Source of the DNA: Hydrogenophilaceae bacterium
Lineage (GTDB): Bacteria; Pseudomonadota; Gammaproteobacteria; Burkholderiales; Thiobacillaceae
Length of the DNA stretch: 64,000 nucleotides
Direction: 5' to 3'
Assembly (NCBI GenBank): GCA_013389025.1
Contig: JACAED010000049.1
Location: forward strand, 14,490 to 78,489
Under the pieces are notes generated by a model. That model was given only the letters and a program-made list of their open reading frames with translations. It searched no databases and was not told the DNA's origin. Positions 41,016-50,344 of this stretch are shown one piece after another. The stretch's first letter is position 1. The number at the start of each line of letters is the position of its first letter. The translations under genes and the position numbers were made by a program.

Positions 41016-41792
41016 ATGCGCCTTTTCTCAAAACGCCTTGCCAAATCCGTTACACCAGACATGACGGTGGAGGTGACTGAATCCCGCGGTATCCGTCAGC
41101 TGCATTTGGGCACGGGCGCCATCCAGAGCGCGATGCGGGTCAACCGGCCCTGGGATCTGGAGCTGGCCTATACGCGGGCGATGATGGGATTCCTGCTGTT
41201 CAAGCCCGCGCCGCAGGAGGTATTGATGATCGGTCTGGGTGGCGGCTCCCTGGCCAAGTTTATCCGCAAGCATCGCCCGGCCACGCACATCACGGCCGTT
41301 GAGATTTCGCCCCAGGTAGTGGCGGCGGCGCGCAGCCATTTCGAACTGCCGGGGGATGATGAACGCTTGCAGGTGAGGATCGAGGATGGCGCCGTTTATG
41401 TGCCAGCACACCCGCAAAGCGCCGATGTCATTCTGCTGGATGGTTTCGATGCCGGTAATCAGGTAGAAAGTCTGGCAACCACGGCGTTTTATGCTGCCTG
41501 CAGGCGGGCGCTCAAACCCGGCGGCGTGCTGGTGGTGAATCTATGGGGGCGGGATACCAGCTTTGCGGGGTATTTCAGCAGGCTGGCTTCTGTCTTTGAA
41601 GGCCATCTCGCCTGGCTGCCCGTCATGCACAAGACAAACGTCATTGTCTTTGGCATGCGGGATGAAGTTTATCCAAGAAGTTGGCGTAACGAGGAGCTCG
41701 CAGCACTGGATAGGAAGTGGGGACTGGATTTTGCTGCCTTTGCGCGTGACCTGAATTGGGTGCAGGAAGTCGCGCCGCTGATGGACGGATAG
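41016..41792 (+). CDS. Spermidine synthase-like SAM-dependent protein
   Basis: [30 protein letters not shown] and GVLVVNLW. Confidence 0.85.
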   Translation: MRLFSKRLAKSVTPDMTVEVTESRGIRQLHLGTGAIQSAMRVNRPWDLELAYTRAMMGFLLFKPAPQEVLMIGLGGGSLAKFIRKHRPATHITAVEISPQVVAAARSHFELPGDDERLQVRIEDGAVYVPAHPQSADVILLDGFDAGNQVESLATTAFYAACRRALKPGGVLVVNLWGRDTSFAGYFSRLASVFEGHLAWLPVMHKTNVIVFGMRDEVYPRSWRNEELAALDRKWGLDFAAFARDLNWVQEVAPLMDG

Positions 41793-41853
41793 GCCTAAGC
41801 TCACCCCGCTTAGTGCTGACAGTTGTTTTGAGCCCCGCTCGGACGGGCTTGCT

Positions 41854-42807
41854 TCAGCGCGGCTGGTATGGCTGGGAAAGATCATACAGGCGGATGCTTT
41901 CATCATCCGATGCGGATACCAGCCAGCGTCCGTCGGGGCTATAGCGAATCATGGCGCCACATAGCTCGTGCGCCTGGTAGCGTCTTTCCACATTGAAAGT
42001 CTGCGTGTCCATAATGCGGATGGCGGAGTCGGTATGCCGTCCCAATGAGACGATATGCTTGCCGTCCGGGCTGAAAGAGACTGAAGTCAACAGCCCGCCA
42101 TGTTCGGTGGGAATGCTTTGATGCTGGCCGCTGGCAATGTCCCATACATGCAATTTGAACCAGCCGCCGGCTGCCAGCCGCTTGCCGTCCGGACTGAATT
42201 GCAGGTCATGCGGGGTGGCGCCTTCGGTATCCAGCACTTTCCTCGTCTTGAAATCAGCACCCATCACGATGATGCGGTTGGGTAGTGCAACAGCCAGCTG
42301 GTTGCCGCTGGTTGTCAGGCCGTTTATGCCATCTTCCAGTTCCAGCTTGTCGATTTCGGCAAGGCTCGTGTCCCAGATACGCAGGAATTTGTCTTCGTGG
42401 CCGCTGACCAGCTTTCCCTGAAACCAGACCAGTGAGGTGACCAGGGTGGAAGTAGGATGGCTCAGGATCCTGCCGCTGTTCCAGATGACAATCCGGCCAT
42501 CGTCTGCGCCCGTGGCAAACAAGGACTGGCTGGCGACAGCAATTGCGCGTACGGCGCCTTCATGCGGTTTGGCTTCGGCAAGCAGTTTATGTCTTCGTAC
42601 ATCCCACAGTTTCACGTCACCCTGGTGGCCGCCGGAAACCACATGGGTGCCGGCCGGGTTAAAGGCAACAGCGGTGGAACCGAATTCATGCGCGCCATTG
42701 AATATGTGGACAGCTTTGTCCGATGGGGCCATGTTCGAACAGCCAATTACCCCGAGTGCGACGATTAAAGCAAGAGTTCCCAACCTGGTATGGGGAGAAA
42801 CAGTCAT
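41854..42807 (-). CDS. WD40-repeat beta-propeller, probable lipoprotein
   Basis: Repeats such as AFNPAG..VVSGG..GDVKLWD and [18 protein letters not shown]; lipobox VIGC. Confidence 0.88.
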   Translation of the reverse strand: MTVSPHTRLGTLALIVALGVIGCSNMAPSDKAVHIFNGAHEFGSTAVAFNPAGTHVVSGGHQGDVKLWDVRRHKLLAEAKPHEGAVRAIAVASQSLFATGADDGRIVIWNSGRILSHPTSTLVTSLVWFQGKLVSGHEDKFLRIWDTSLAEIDKLELEDGINGLTTSGNQLAVALPNRIIVMGADFKTRKVLDTEGATPHDLQFSPDGKRLAAGGWFKLHVWDIASGQHQSIPTEHGGLLTSVSFSPDGKHIVSLGRHTDSAIRIMDTQTFNVERRYQAHELCGAMIRYSPDGRWLVSASDDESIRLYDLSQPYQPR

Positions 42808-42877
42808 GGTTCGGTTGCAATTTTCAAACGGTATGAAACAATGTTATCAGAGACATATTAATGAAAAGGTGGCGGCG

Positions 42878-43468
42878 ATGATCGACCGTGACGGCTACCG
42901 CCCCAACGTCGGCATCATATTGTGCAATTCCAGGAACCAGGTGTTCTGGGCCAAGCGCATCAATCAGCATGCCTGGCAGTTTCCCCAAGGGGGCATCAAG
43001 TCCGGGGAAACGCCGGAGCAGGCAATGTTCCGTGAGCTTACGGAAGAAGTCGGGCTTCAACCCGAGCATGTTCGGATTCTGGGACGAACCCGCAATTGGT
43101 TGCGTTACGATGTACCGAGCCATTGGGTGAGGCGCGACAGTCGCGGACAATACAGGGGCCAGAAACAGATATGGTTCCTGTTGCGACTGACTGGCCGGGA
43201 TAGCGATGTAAGCCTGCGGGCAACTGATCACCCGGAATTTGACGCGTGGCGCTGGAGTGAATACTGGATCGAATTCGAATCGGTCGTGGAATTCAAGCGG
43301 GATGTCTACCGAATGGCGCTGGAGGAACTCGAGCACTATCTGCATAAGGATGTGCGCTATTTGCGTCGCCGGCCTGACAGAAGCGATCTTCAACATCCTG
43401 CGTCAAGCAAGGCCGAAGACAAGGTATTACCCGATCCAGGTAATTCCAGGGTTTTGCGAACAAGATGA
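42878..43468 (+). CDS. rppH: RNA pyrophosphohydrolase
   Basis: [28 protein letters not shown] Nudix box and GQKQIWF. Confidence 0.96.
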   Translation: MIDRDGYRPNVGIILCNSRNQVFWAKRINQHAWQFPQGGIKSGETPEQAMFRELTEEVGLQPEHVRILGRTRNWLRYDVPSHWVRRDSRGQYRGQKQIWFLLRLTGRDSDVSLRATDHPEFDAWRWSEYWIEFESVVEFKRDVYRMALEELEHYLHKDVRYLRRRPDRSDLQHPASSKAEDKVLPDPGNSRVLRTR

Positions 43469-43821
43469 ACATTGCCCGCAGGGAAGGGGGGGCACTCAAG
43501 CCGGGTCTGGAGATTCAGCCTGGTTTGCCGTTATGGAAAGTGGTGCCAACCCGGGACGATCAGGGCGAGCGGCTGTGCGATTTCATGATGTTCATTCCTC
43601 AACTGAAGACAAGGCAACAGGTATACATCCGGCATGCCCAGATGCATATTGCCAAAGTTCTGTCCCGCTACGGTGAGGTTGTATTTGCCAACATCAACCT
43701 GGAACTCAATGTATTGTGGGTGTCGCATCGCCACAGGCAAGGTTTGATGATTGAAATCGTGAACATGATCAGAACTCGGGTTCCGGAAGCCGTCCTGGTA
43801 GCGCACAATACGCGTACATGA
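43465..43821 (+). CDS. Hypothetical protein
   Basis: ATGA overlaps at both ends; globular-looking sequence ([20 protein letters not shown]); no function recognised. Confidence 0.75.
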   Translation: MNIARREGGALKPGLEIQPGLPLWKVVPTRDDQGERLCDFMMFIPQLKTRQQVYIRHAQMHIAKVLSRYGEVVFANINLELNVLWVSHRHRQGLMIEIVNMIRTRVPEAVLVAHNTRT

Positions 43822-43841
43822 AAACTGGAGTATCGTTAACA

Positions 43842-46280
43842 ATGTCGGCACCATCCTTGAAACTTGCGCCATTGCCCCTGCTGATCTGGGCGATGTGGCC
43901 GCAACTGGCGCAATCATCCGAGGCACGTGAAGTGCTGATGCCCGCGGAAATCAGCCCCCGATTGTCCGTGGAACCCCGTAATGCCCAGATTCTGCTTTCA
44001 GCCGGCCTCAATCCTGTCAAGGAAATCAAACCACCTACTGCGCTTGAGGTTCAATTTGCCGATTCGGGGATCAAGCCCGAAGCAAATAAACCCGGGAAGA
44101 AAGACGGGTCGGTGGAAGCGGAACTGGATTTTTCGCCCCCGCCTGCTTCAGCATCAGTTGTTGAAGCGGTGACCAGGATGGTTCATGTGACCGAACCGCA
44201 CACTGACAGGCCTGATCGGCCATCCAGACAGCCAGGCAAGCATGGCTTGTTGCATCAGAAACCCGGGAAAACTGCCTTAAATGAAAGGCAGGCTGCGCAG
44301 GGTCATCAGGATCGTTCCCGGGAGGATCATCTGAACAGCGTGAGGACATGGCATTACGTATCGGCAGTCCAGCAGCTCCCTGTTCCTTCGGAGCCTTCCG
44401 TTCCGGCGTATCCCGACATGCCATGGATGGTGCCCCAGTTGCCCTACATGGCAAGGTCAAACACCAATACCACCACACCCCATCATCCTCACGGCAAGCC
44501 CCTCCCCGCTCATCCTGGCATCACGCCACATTTGATACAAGGGCAGAAATTGTTCGAACATGCAGCGGTAGTTCCGGCGAACGTGGCAGCTTCCAGTCTG
44601 GATTCGCACATGCCGGCTGACAAAATGCCTTCTGCCGGTTTAAAAACCCCGAACATCGGAGCGGATGATGAGGCTGAAGCAGGTGCGCCATCCCAACCGC
44701 AGGAGCAGGGCTCCTTCGGGGAAACAAGACCGGCAAAAGTCATGCCGCATTTGAATGCTGTAAGGGAAACGCAACAGGCTTCAATCAATTCTCCATTGCC
44801 ACCTCCCGTATCCATGGCCCCTTTGAGCAGCACATGGTGGGTATCCAGGTCGCCCAATCAGCCGCCGGCGCCTGCCACGCCAGGTACCGTCATAACACCC
44901 GTTTCAACCACTGGTACACAACCACAACCCCCGGTAATGACCACGCCTGTCTTACCCCGCATGGCGGAAGCAACAGGTCGGCCTGCTCAAAATGATGCAG
45001 AGAGGCAGATGCGTGCTCATGGCATTTGGTGGTTGCCGCCGATACGGAAAGCGCCTGAAGAGCCGCCGGTTGTGGTTCAACAGCAGGCCATGCCCGCTCC
45101 AGAAGTGACTCGAAGGGCCAATGAGGCAACCCCTGCAACGGTATCGTCACTGCCTCAGGTCAAAACGATAGAAAGCATACCCATCAAGCCGGCAAGCACG
45201 GTATCCGAGATGCCCCGACAGCCCGAGAAACCAATGGCTGCCGCAAGCGTCACGGAACCAACGCCTGCCTCGGTCACGGCATTGCCCAATGTGAAACCGG
45301 TCGAGTCCACTTCAGTCAAGCCGGCCCATGTGGCGCCCGACAAGATTGAAAAGACCGGCAAACCTGCAGCAGCGGGGGGGGGCGCCGAGCCGGTTACACC
45401 TCCTGTTCGGCCAGCTGCCAAGCAGGAAAAAGGCACATCCCTTCAGACCACGGTGGCCACCCCTGTCAAAGTCGATGCTACACAAGGGCGTGTCTCTTCC
45501 CAAAAGATAAATGAACCAATTGTTTCAGAACCACACGCAACAAAGACGCCTGATGTGAAGAAGGAACAGACAACTGGACCGGTGAAATCCGCACCGGCTG
45601 GAGACGAAACCGCAACCGCAGCGGCGCCGTCAGTTCAATCCTTGTCTGGCATTCTTTCTACAAAATCTGCCCGGCCGATTCTGGAGCCCACTCCTATTCC
45701 TCCGGTACAGATTGCCCCCGGGGTCGTATTGCCAAAATCGAATCCTGTGCTGCAGCCCAGGGTGGTTGCTTCGATCCCTGCAACACCCAGACAACTTCCC
45801 TTGCCTTTTCCGAGCGAAGAGCGAAAGACATATCCGGTCATGAACAAGGCCAAACCGGTTCCGTTTGATGAGCCAAAACCAGTCATCTCCGAGGAAATGG
45901 TAGACAAGACCGTCAAGGAACCCGTCAGGCAGGAACCCTTGGGAACTAAAGCCGGCAGCCCCAATCCTGAAACGCAAGAACCAGAAAGCAAGGGACCCGA
46001 CAAGCCAGTGCCGAAGCAGACCAGCAAGGTGGTTGATCCCTGTGAAAGGGGTTTTCGGACTGTCCGCTCAAAGGTGAAACGCCCCAGGAGCCTGATCATG
46101 ACATCCCGCAAACCTGCCTATGATCCATGCAAGGGAAGATACGAACCAGTCAATGAAGTGGCAGCCAGGACAAACATGCCCGGCGTGAAGCGCACGGTAG
46201 CCAAGGCTGCAAATTCGGCAGATGACGCCAAGGTCAAGCGCATGTGTTTCGAAGGTGGAGAAATCAAACCATGCAAATGA
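43842..46280 (+). CDS. Secreted Pro-rich low-complexity protein, paralog A (alternative start 43818)
   Basis: Uninterrupted ORF of about 812 aa; signal-like N-terminus and C-terminal DPC...DPC motif shared with the next gene. Confidence 0.78.
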   Translation: MSAPSLKLAPLPLLIWAMWPQLAQSSEAREVLMPAEISPRLSVEPRNAQILLSAGLNPVKEIKPPTALEVQFADSGIKPEANKPGKKDGSVEAELDFSPPPASASVVEAVTRMVHVTEPHTDRPDRPSRQPGKHGLLHQKPGKTALNERQAAQGHQDRSREDHLNSVRTWHYVSAVQQLPVPSEPSVPAYPDMPWMVPQLPYMARSNTNTTTPHHPHGKPLPAHPGITPHLIQGQKLFEHAAVVPANVAASSLDSHMPADKMPSAGLKTPNIGADDEAEAGAPSQPQEQGSFGETRPAKVMPHLNAVRETQQASINSPLPPPVSMAPLSSTWWVSRSPNQPPAPATPGTVITPVSTTGTQPQPPVMTTPVLPRMAEATGRPAQNDAERQMRAHGIWWLPPIRKAPEEPPVVVQQQAMPAPEVTRRANEATPATVSSLPQVKTIESIPIKPASTVSEMPRQPEKPMAAASVTEPTPASVTALPNVKPVESTSVKPAHVAPDKIEKTGKPAAAGGGAEPVTPPVRPAAKQEKGTSLQTTVATPVKVDATQGRVSSQKINEPIVSEPHATKTPDVKKEQTTGPVKSAPAGDETATAAAPSVQSLSGILSTKSARPILEPTPIPPVQIAPGVVLPKSNPVLQPRVVASIPATPRQLPLPFPSEERKTYPVMNKAKPVPFDEPKPVISEEMVDKTVKEPVRQEPLGTKAGSPNPETQEPESKGPDKPVPKQTSKVVDPCERGFRTVRSKVKRPRSLIMTSRKPAYDPCKGRYEPVNEVAARTNMPGVKRTVAKAANSADDAKVKRMCFEGGEIKPCK

Positions 46281-46499
46281 GCCTGATCGGATTATGGCGT
46301 CATATCTGAAGGTTTCGAGGGGTCATGTGATGGCCAAAAGGAAAACCTTCATTCCCGGAACTTGAGGAAATAAGTGTATTCCAGTTTCAGGTTGGCATGC
46401 CCAGAGATCTGTATCCCGAAAGTCACTTCTAATCTTGTAGCAGTTTCCAATTCCTGCCGTCATGGCAGGAAACCACAATTCAAGGCCAGGAGAGTCATC

Positions 46500-48347
46500 A
46501 TGCCCGTACCGACATTCAAACTTGCCCCTTTGCCATTGCTTGTATGGGCAATCTGGTCACAGGCGGCTTATTCCTCAGATAACAGCGAGATGCCGCGACC
46601 GCATGGGGATAGCGTCATCCTTCACGCTTCGGCATCTTCCCTGGTGGATGCATCAAAAGCCTTGCATGATGGGGTTTTGTCAGCACAGCCCCCCGCACTT
46701 GCGGACAAACCATTAATTCCGGTTGGCAGTGAAGAGGCAGGAGCGCCTTCGGTACCGTTGTCATCGCAAGCTGCAAATCCCGCAGTCAGTGCTGCGCCAT
46801 TGTCATTTCCGGGGAGTCTCCCTGTCGTTCAACCGGTACATGCGTCGACACCCATGCAAACGGCGTATCCGGTATTGCCTGCAAATTTGTTTCCATTACC
46901 CCAACCGGCGATGTTCAGACCACTTGGGATGGGACAAATGCCTGTTGTCCCTGCACCTTCGTTTGCTCCGGCAACCATGACCTTTATGCAGCAGGGATGG
47001 CGTCTGCCGGTTGCCATGCAAGCGCCTGTCATGCCGGCCATGCCGAGGTTTCCGATGTTCCCGGCCATGCCGTGGCTTGCACCGCAGATGCAGATTCCGA
47101 CAAGAGTGCCATTCCCTCGATATCCCATGCCGTCCATGCCCATGACCATGCCAGTCCAGGGATACCCAGGCATGGTGCCTTTCGGGGTGCCGGTCATGGC
47201 GATGCCTGCCATGCCAGCGAACAACCGCATGCCGAATTTCGCATCCGGGGGCTTCCCGGCACCCTTGGGCATGCCACAGATTCATCCCATGGCGGTCCGG
47301 GCTCCCTTTCTGCCGGTGATTGCAGGTTTTCCAGCTCCCTGGGGAATGCCCCAGATGGCAATGGGGGGGGTACCCAATCCCATGCCGCCTGTGATTTCCG
47401 GCTTTCCTCCCGTGTGGGGCGTGCCCGGATTCCCCATGCCCAGTCAGGGAAAAACGCTGTTGCCAGCCACGGCCATGATCCCGCTTCCTGCTCCAATGGA
47501 CCTGCCTGCGGCAAGACCCCACATGCCAATGCCCGTTTCAACAGCAATCGCCGCATCGCCCAATTTCTGGAATTTGCCCGCCATGGCACATCAGGTTGCA
47601 CCGACGCCACAAACTCCAGCTGTGGCCATGACAATGCAAGCCCAGCCTCAGTCGACAGTTGTGGCTCCCAGTATGGCAGCCGCTCCATCCGCGTTTTCGC
47701 CGGTCGATACCAAAACGGCCATGAATCCGGATCAGGCATCAGTGCCGACTCAAGCCAAAATGGATATGTCACAGGTCAACCAGATGACGCAAGCCAATCG
47801 ATCAGAAACTGCGCCCATTGAAGTTCAGTCCATCGAGCCGCCAATGATGAAATCAGGGGTGAGTTTGAAGGATTTCCATCTCTCAACTGCGGGTGCACCC
47901 GAGAAACCTGTAGTTGAGCAGTCCCCGATTTCACCTGTTGAAGTTCTTGCATTGCAGGCCGCAACCGGGAATAAGGCTGAGGCCGACCAACACACGGCGC
48001 AAATGGCTCCATCTCCCGCAAAAGCGGAGAAGCAAGCCCAATCCATGGTTCGTGCTTATCCCATGCCTCCGGTTGTGGGAGAGGCGGCTTTTCCGTCCAT
48101 GTTGGCCGTTGCAAAACCATCTGCCCCGCTTTCTCAGGCAAGCGAATCCAGGGAGCATCAGGGCGGCGCGGCAGTGGAAGAGGTGGCGGCTACCAGAAAA
48201 TTGAAAGTTTCCGATCCATGCAGTGAGCGCTTTCGGCCGATCCGTTCAAAGGTTAAGCGGCCCAAGGGAAAATTGATGAAAACCCGCAAGCCAGCCTATG
48301 ATCCTTGCAAGGGAAGGTACAAGGCGATCAGGACCAAAACCAGTTGA
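46500..48347 (+). CDS. Secreted Pro/Met-rich low-complexity protein, paralog B
   Basis: AGGAG RBS and a 615-aa ORF; same N-terminal and C-terminal motifs as paralog A. Confidence 0.8.
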   Translation: MPVPTFKLAPLPLLVWAIWSQAAYSSDNSEMPRPHGDSVILHASASSLVDASKALHDGVLSAQPPALADKPLIPVGSEEAGAPSVPLSSQAANPAVSAAPLSFPGSLPVVQPVHASTPMQTAYPVLPANLFPLPQPAMFRPLGMGQMPVVPAPSFAPATMTFMQQGWRLPVAMQAPVMPAMPRFPMFPAMPWLAPQMQIPTRVPFPRYPMPSMPMTMPVQGYPGMVPFGVPVMAMPAMPANNRMPNFASGGFPAPLGMPQIHPMAVRAPFLPVIAGFPAPWGMPQMAMGGVPNPMPPVISGFPPVWGVPGFPMPSQGKTLLPATAMIPLPAPMDLPAARPHMPMPVSTAIAASPNFWNLPAMAHQVAPTPQTPAVAMTMQAQPQSTVVAPSMAAAPSAFSPVDTKTAMNPDQASVPTQAKMDMSQVNQMTQANRSETAPIEVQSIEPPMMKSGVSLKDFHLSTAGAPEKPVVEQSPISPVEVLALQAATGNKAEADQHTAQMAPSPAKAEKQAQSMVRAYPMPPVVGEAAFPSMLAVAKPSAPLSQASESREHQGGAAVEEVAATRKLKVSDPCSERFRPIRSKVKRPKGKLMKTRKPAYDPCKGRYKAIRTKTS

Positions 48348-48484
48348 ACTGGCCAGGAAAGATCAGGGCATTCTGAAACTTGCCTTAAAATAACCAAGCT
48401 TAAAACAGCAGAGATTTGTTCGCCGCCTTGATCTGCTGGGCGGCTTCAATTGTCAGGATATTGCCTGGATTGGCGCGAGGCGAT

Positions 48485-48509
48485 ATACTTGACAAAATTA
48501 ATCAAGTAT
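48485..48509. promoter_or_regulatory. Putative IscR type-1 binding site
   Basis: ATACTTGACAAAATTAATCAAGTAT, a 25-bp palindrome directly upstream of the Fe-S carrier gene apbC. Confidence 0.72.
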
Positions 48510-48524
48510 TTTGGAGTTTCATTC

Positions 48525-49613
48525 ATGCCCCTGACCGATAACGACATTCATTCAGTCCTCAAGACGCTCATTGATCCCAATACGAGGAAAGATTTTGTGT
48601 CGACCAAGTCCGTTAAAAATCTCAAGTTTGACGGAGAGAATGTTTCCCTGGACATCGTTCTGTCTTATCCGGCAAAAAGCCAGCTGGACAGCATCCGTTC
48701 AATGGTCGAGGACAAGCTCAAATCCGTGCCGGGCATCGGCAAGGTGTCAGTCAACGTGTCTTACAAGATTGTTTCGCATGGCGTGCAAAAAGGCGTCAAG
48801 CTGGTTCCCGGCATCAAGAACATCATTGCCGTGGCCTCGGGTAAGGGGGGCGTTGGAAAATCAACCACTGCAGTCAATCTCGCGCTGGCGCTGGCGGCAG
48901 AGGGCGCCAAGGTCGGAATTCTTGATGCCGACATTTATGGCCCCTCACAGCCGATGATGCTGGGCATTCATGGGCGCCCGGAATCGCAGGATGGCAAGAC
49001 GCTGGAGCCCATGATGGGCCATGGGATTCAGGCCATGTCCATCGGCTTCATGATCGATCCTGACACGCCAATGGTCTGGCGCGGTCCGATGGTGACTCAG
49101 GCTTTGGAACAGCTGCTGAACGATACCAACTGGAAGGATATCGATTATCTGGTGGTGGACATGCCGCCGGGCACGGGTGATGTTCAGTTGACGCTGGCGC
49201 AACGCGTGCCGGTGACCGGTGCCGTCATAGTCACCACGCCGCAGGATATCGCGCTGATCGATGCGCGCAAGGGGCTGAAGATGTTCGAGAAGGTCGGCAT
49301 TCCGATCATGGGCGTGGTGGAAAACATGAGCCTGCACATCTGTTCCAAGTGCGGCCACGAAGAACGCATCTTTGGTCGGGGCGGCGGCGAGAAAATGTGC
49401 AAGGACTATGACGTCGAGTTTCTCGGCGCGCTGCCGCTGGATATCCAGATCCGCGAAGAAACCGATTCCGGCAAGCCCACAGTTGTAGCGGCACCGGATT
49501 CCCGTATTGCCGAAATTTACCGGCAGATTGCCCGCCGGGTCGCTGTCAAGATTGGCGAGTCGGCGGTGGACCACACCAGCAAGTTTCCCAATATCGTGAT
49601 ACAGAATACCTGA
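48525..49613 (+). CDS. apbC: Iron-sulfur cluster carrier protein ApbC/Mrp
   Basis: ASGKGGVGKST, DADIYGPS, DMPPGTGD and ENMS..ICSKCG. Confidence 0.96.
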   Translation: MPLTDNDIHSVLKTLIDPNTRKDFVSTKSVKNLKFDGENVSLDIVLSYPAKSQLDSIRSMVEDKLKSVPGIGKVSVNVSYKIVSHGVQKGVKLVPGIKNIIAVASGKGGVGKSTTAVNLALALAAEGAKVGILDADIYGPSQPMMLGIHGRPESQDGKTLEPMMGHGIQAMSIGFMIDPDTPMVWRGPMVTQALEQLLNDTNWKDIDYLVVDMPPGTGDVQLTLAQRVPVTGAVIVTTPQDIALIDARKGLKMFEKVGIPIMGVVENMSLHICSKCGHEERIFGRGGGEKMCKDYDVEFLGALPLDIQIREETDSGKPTVVAAPDSRIAEIYRQIARRVAVKIGESAVDHTSKFPNIVIQNT

Positions 49614-49632
49614 GTTTTGCCAAACGAGATGG

Positions 49633-49660
49633 AAAAGGGCTGCCATGGCAGCCCTTTTTT
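49633..49660 (+). terminator. Intrinsic terminator
   Basis: AAAAGGGCTGC-CATG-GCAGCCCTTTTTT. Confidence 0.85.
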
Positions 49661-49725
49661 ATTAATGTTTATTGACTGTCTTCGTGGATAATTGCGCTTT
49701 TGAAAGCCAATCAGGACACTACAGC

Positions 49726-50292
49726 ATGAGCATCAAGTCCGACAAATGGATCCGACGCATGGTTGAGAGCCACGGCATGATCGAACCGTTCGAACCCGGC
49801 CAGGTGAAGGAAGCCGCTGGCCGGCGCATCGTGTCCTATGGCACATCGTCGTATGGCTACGACGTGCGCTGTTCGAACGAATTCAAGGTGTTTACCAACC
49901 TCAATCACACGTTGGTCGATCCCAAAGCGTTCGACCCGGATTCATTTGTTGAAATTTCGGGTGATTCCTGCATCATCCCGCCCAATTCATTTGCGTTGGC
50001 GCGCACCATCGAATACTTCCGCATTCCCCGCAATGTCTTGACGATTTGCCTGGGCAAATCCACATACGCACGCTGCGGGATCATCGTCAATGTCACGCCT
50101 CTGGAGCCGGAGTGGGAAGGGCATGTGACGCTGGAATTTTCCAACACCACGCCGCTTCCCGCGCGAATTTATGCCAATGAAGGGGTGGCGCAGATGCTGT
50201 TCCTTGAGTCCGACGAAATGTGCGAAACATCCTACAAGGATCGTGGAGGCAAGTACCAGGGGCAGACCGGCGTCACCTTGCCGCGCATTTGA
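49726..50292 (+). CDS. dcd: dCTP deaminase
   Basis: [28 protein letters not shown] and KYQGQ. Confidence 0.96.
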   Translation: MSIKSDKWIRRMVESHGMIEPFEPGQVKEAAGRRIVSYGTSSYGYDVRCSNEFKVFTNLNHTLVDPKAFDPDSFVEISGDSCIIPPNSFALARTIEYFRIPRNVLTICLGKSTYARCGIIVNVTPLEPEWEGHVTLEFSNTTPLPARIYANEGVAQMLFLESDEMCETSYKDRGGKYQGQTGVTLPRI

Positions 50293-50344
50293 AGACCTAT
50301 AATTTCCAGCAACTGTTTTTCCTGATTTGAACAGGGGGAGTCCC

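Noticed and set aside
43818-48347. Pro-rich ORFs as spurious frames, pseudogenes or autotransporters
   Set aside because: Paralogous termini conserved at the protein level and RBSs support real genes; there is no C-terminal beta-barrel or terminal aromatic residue.
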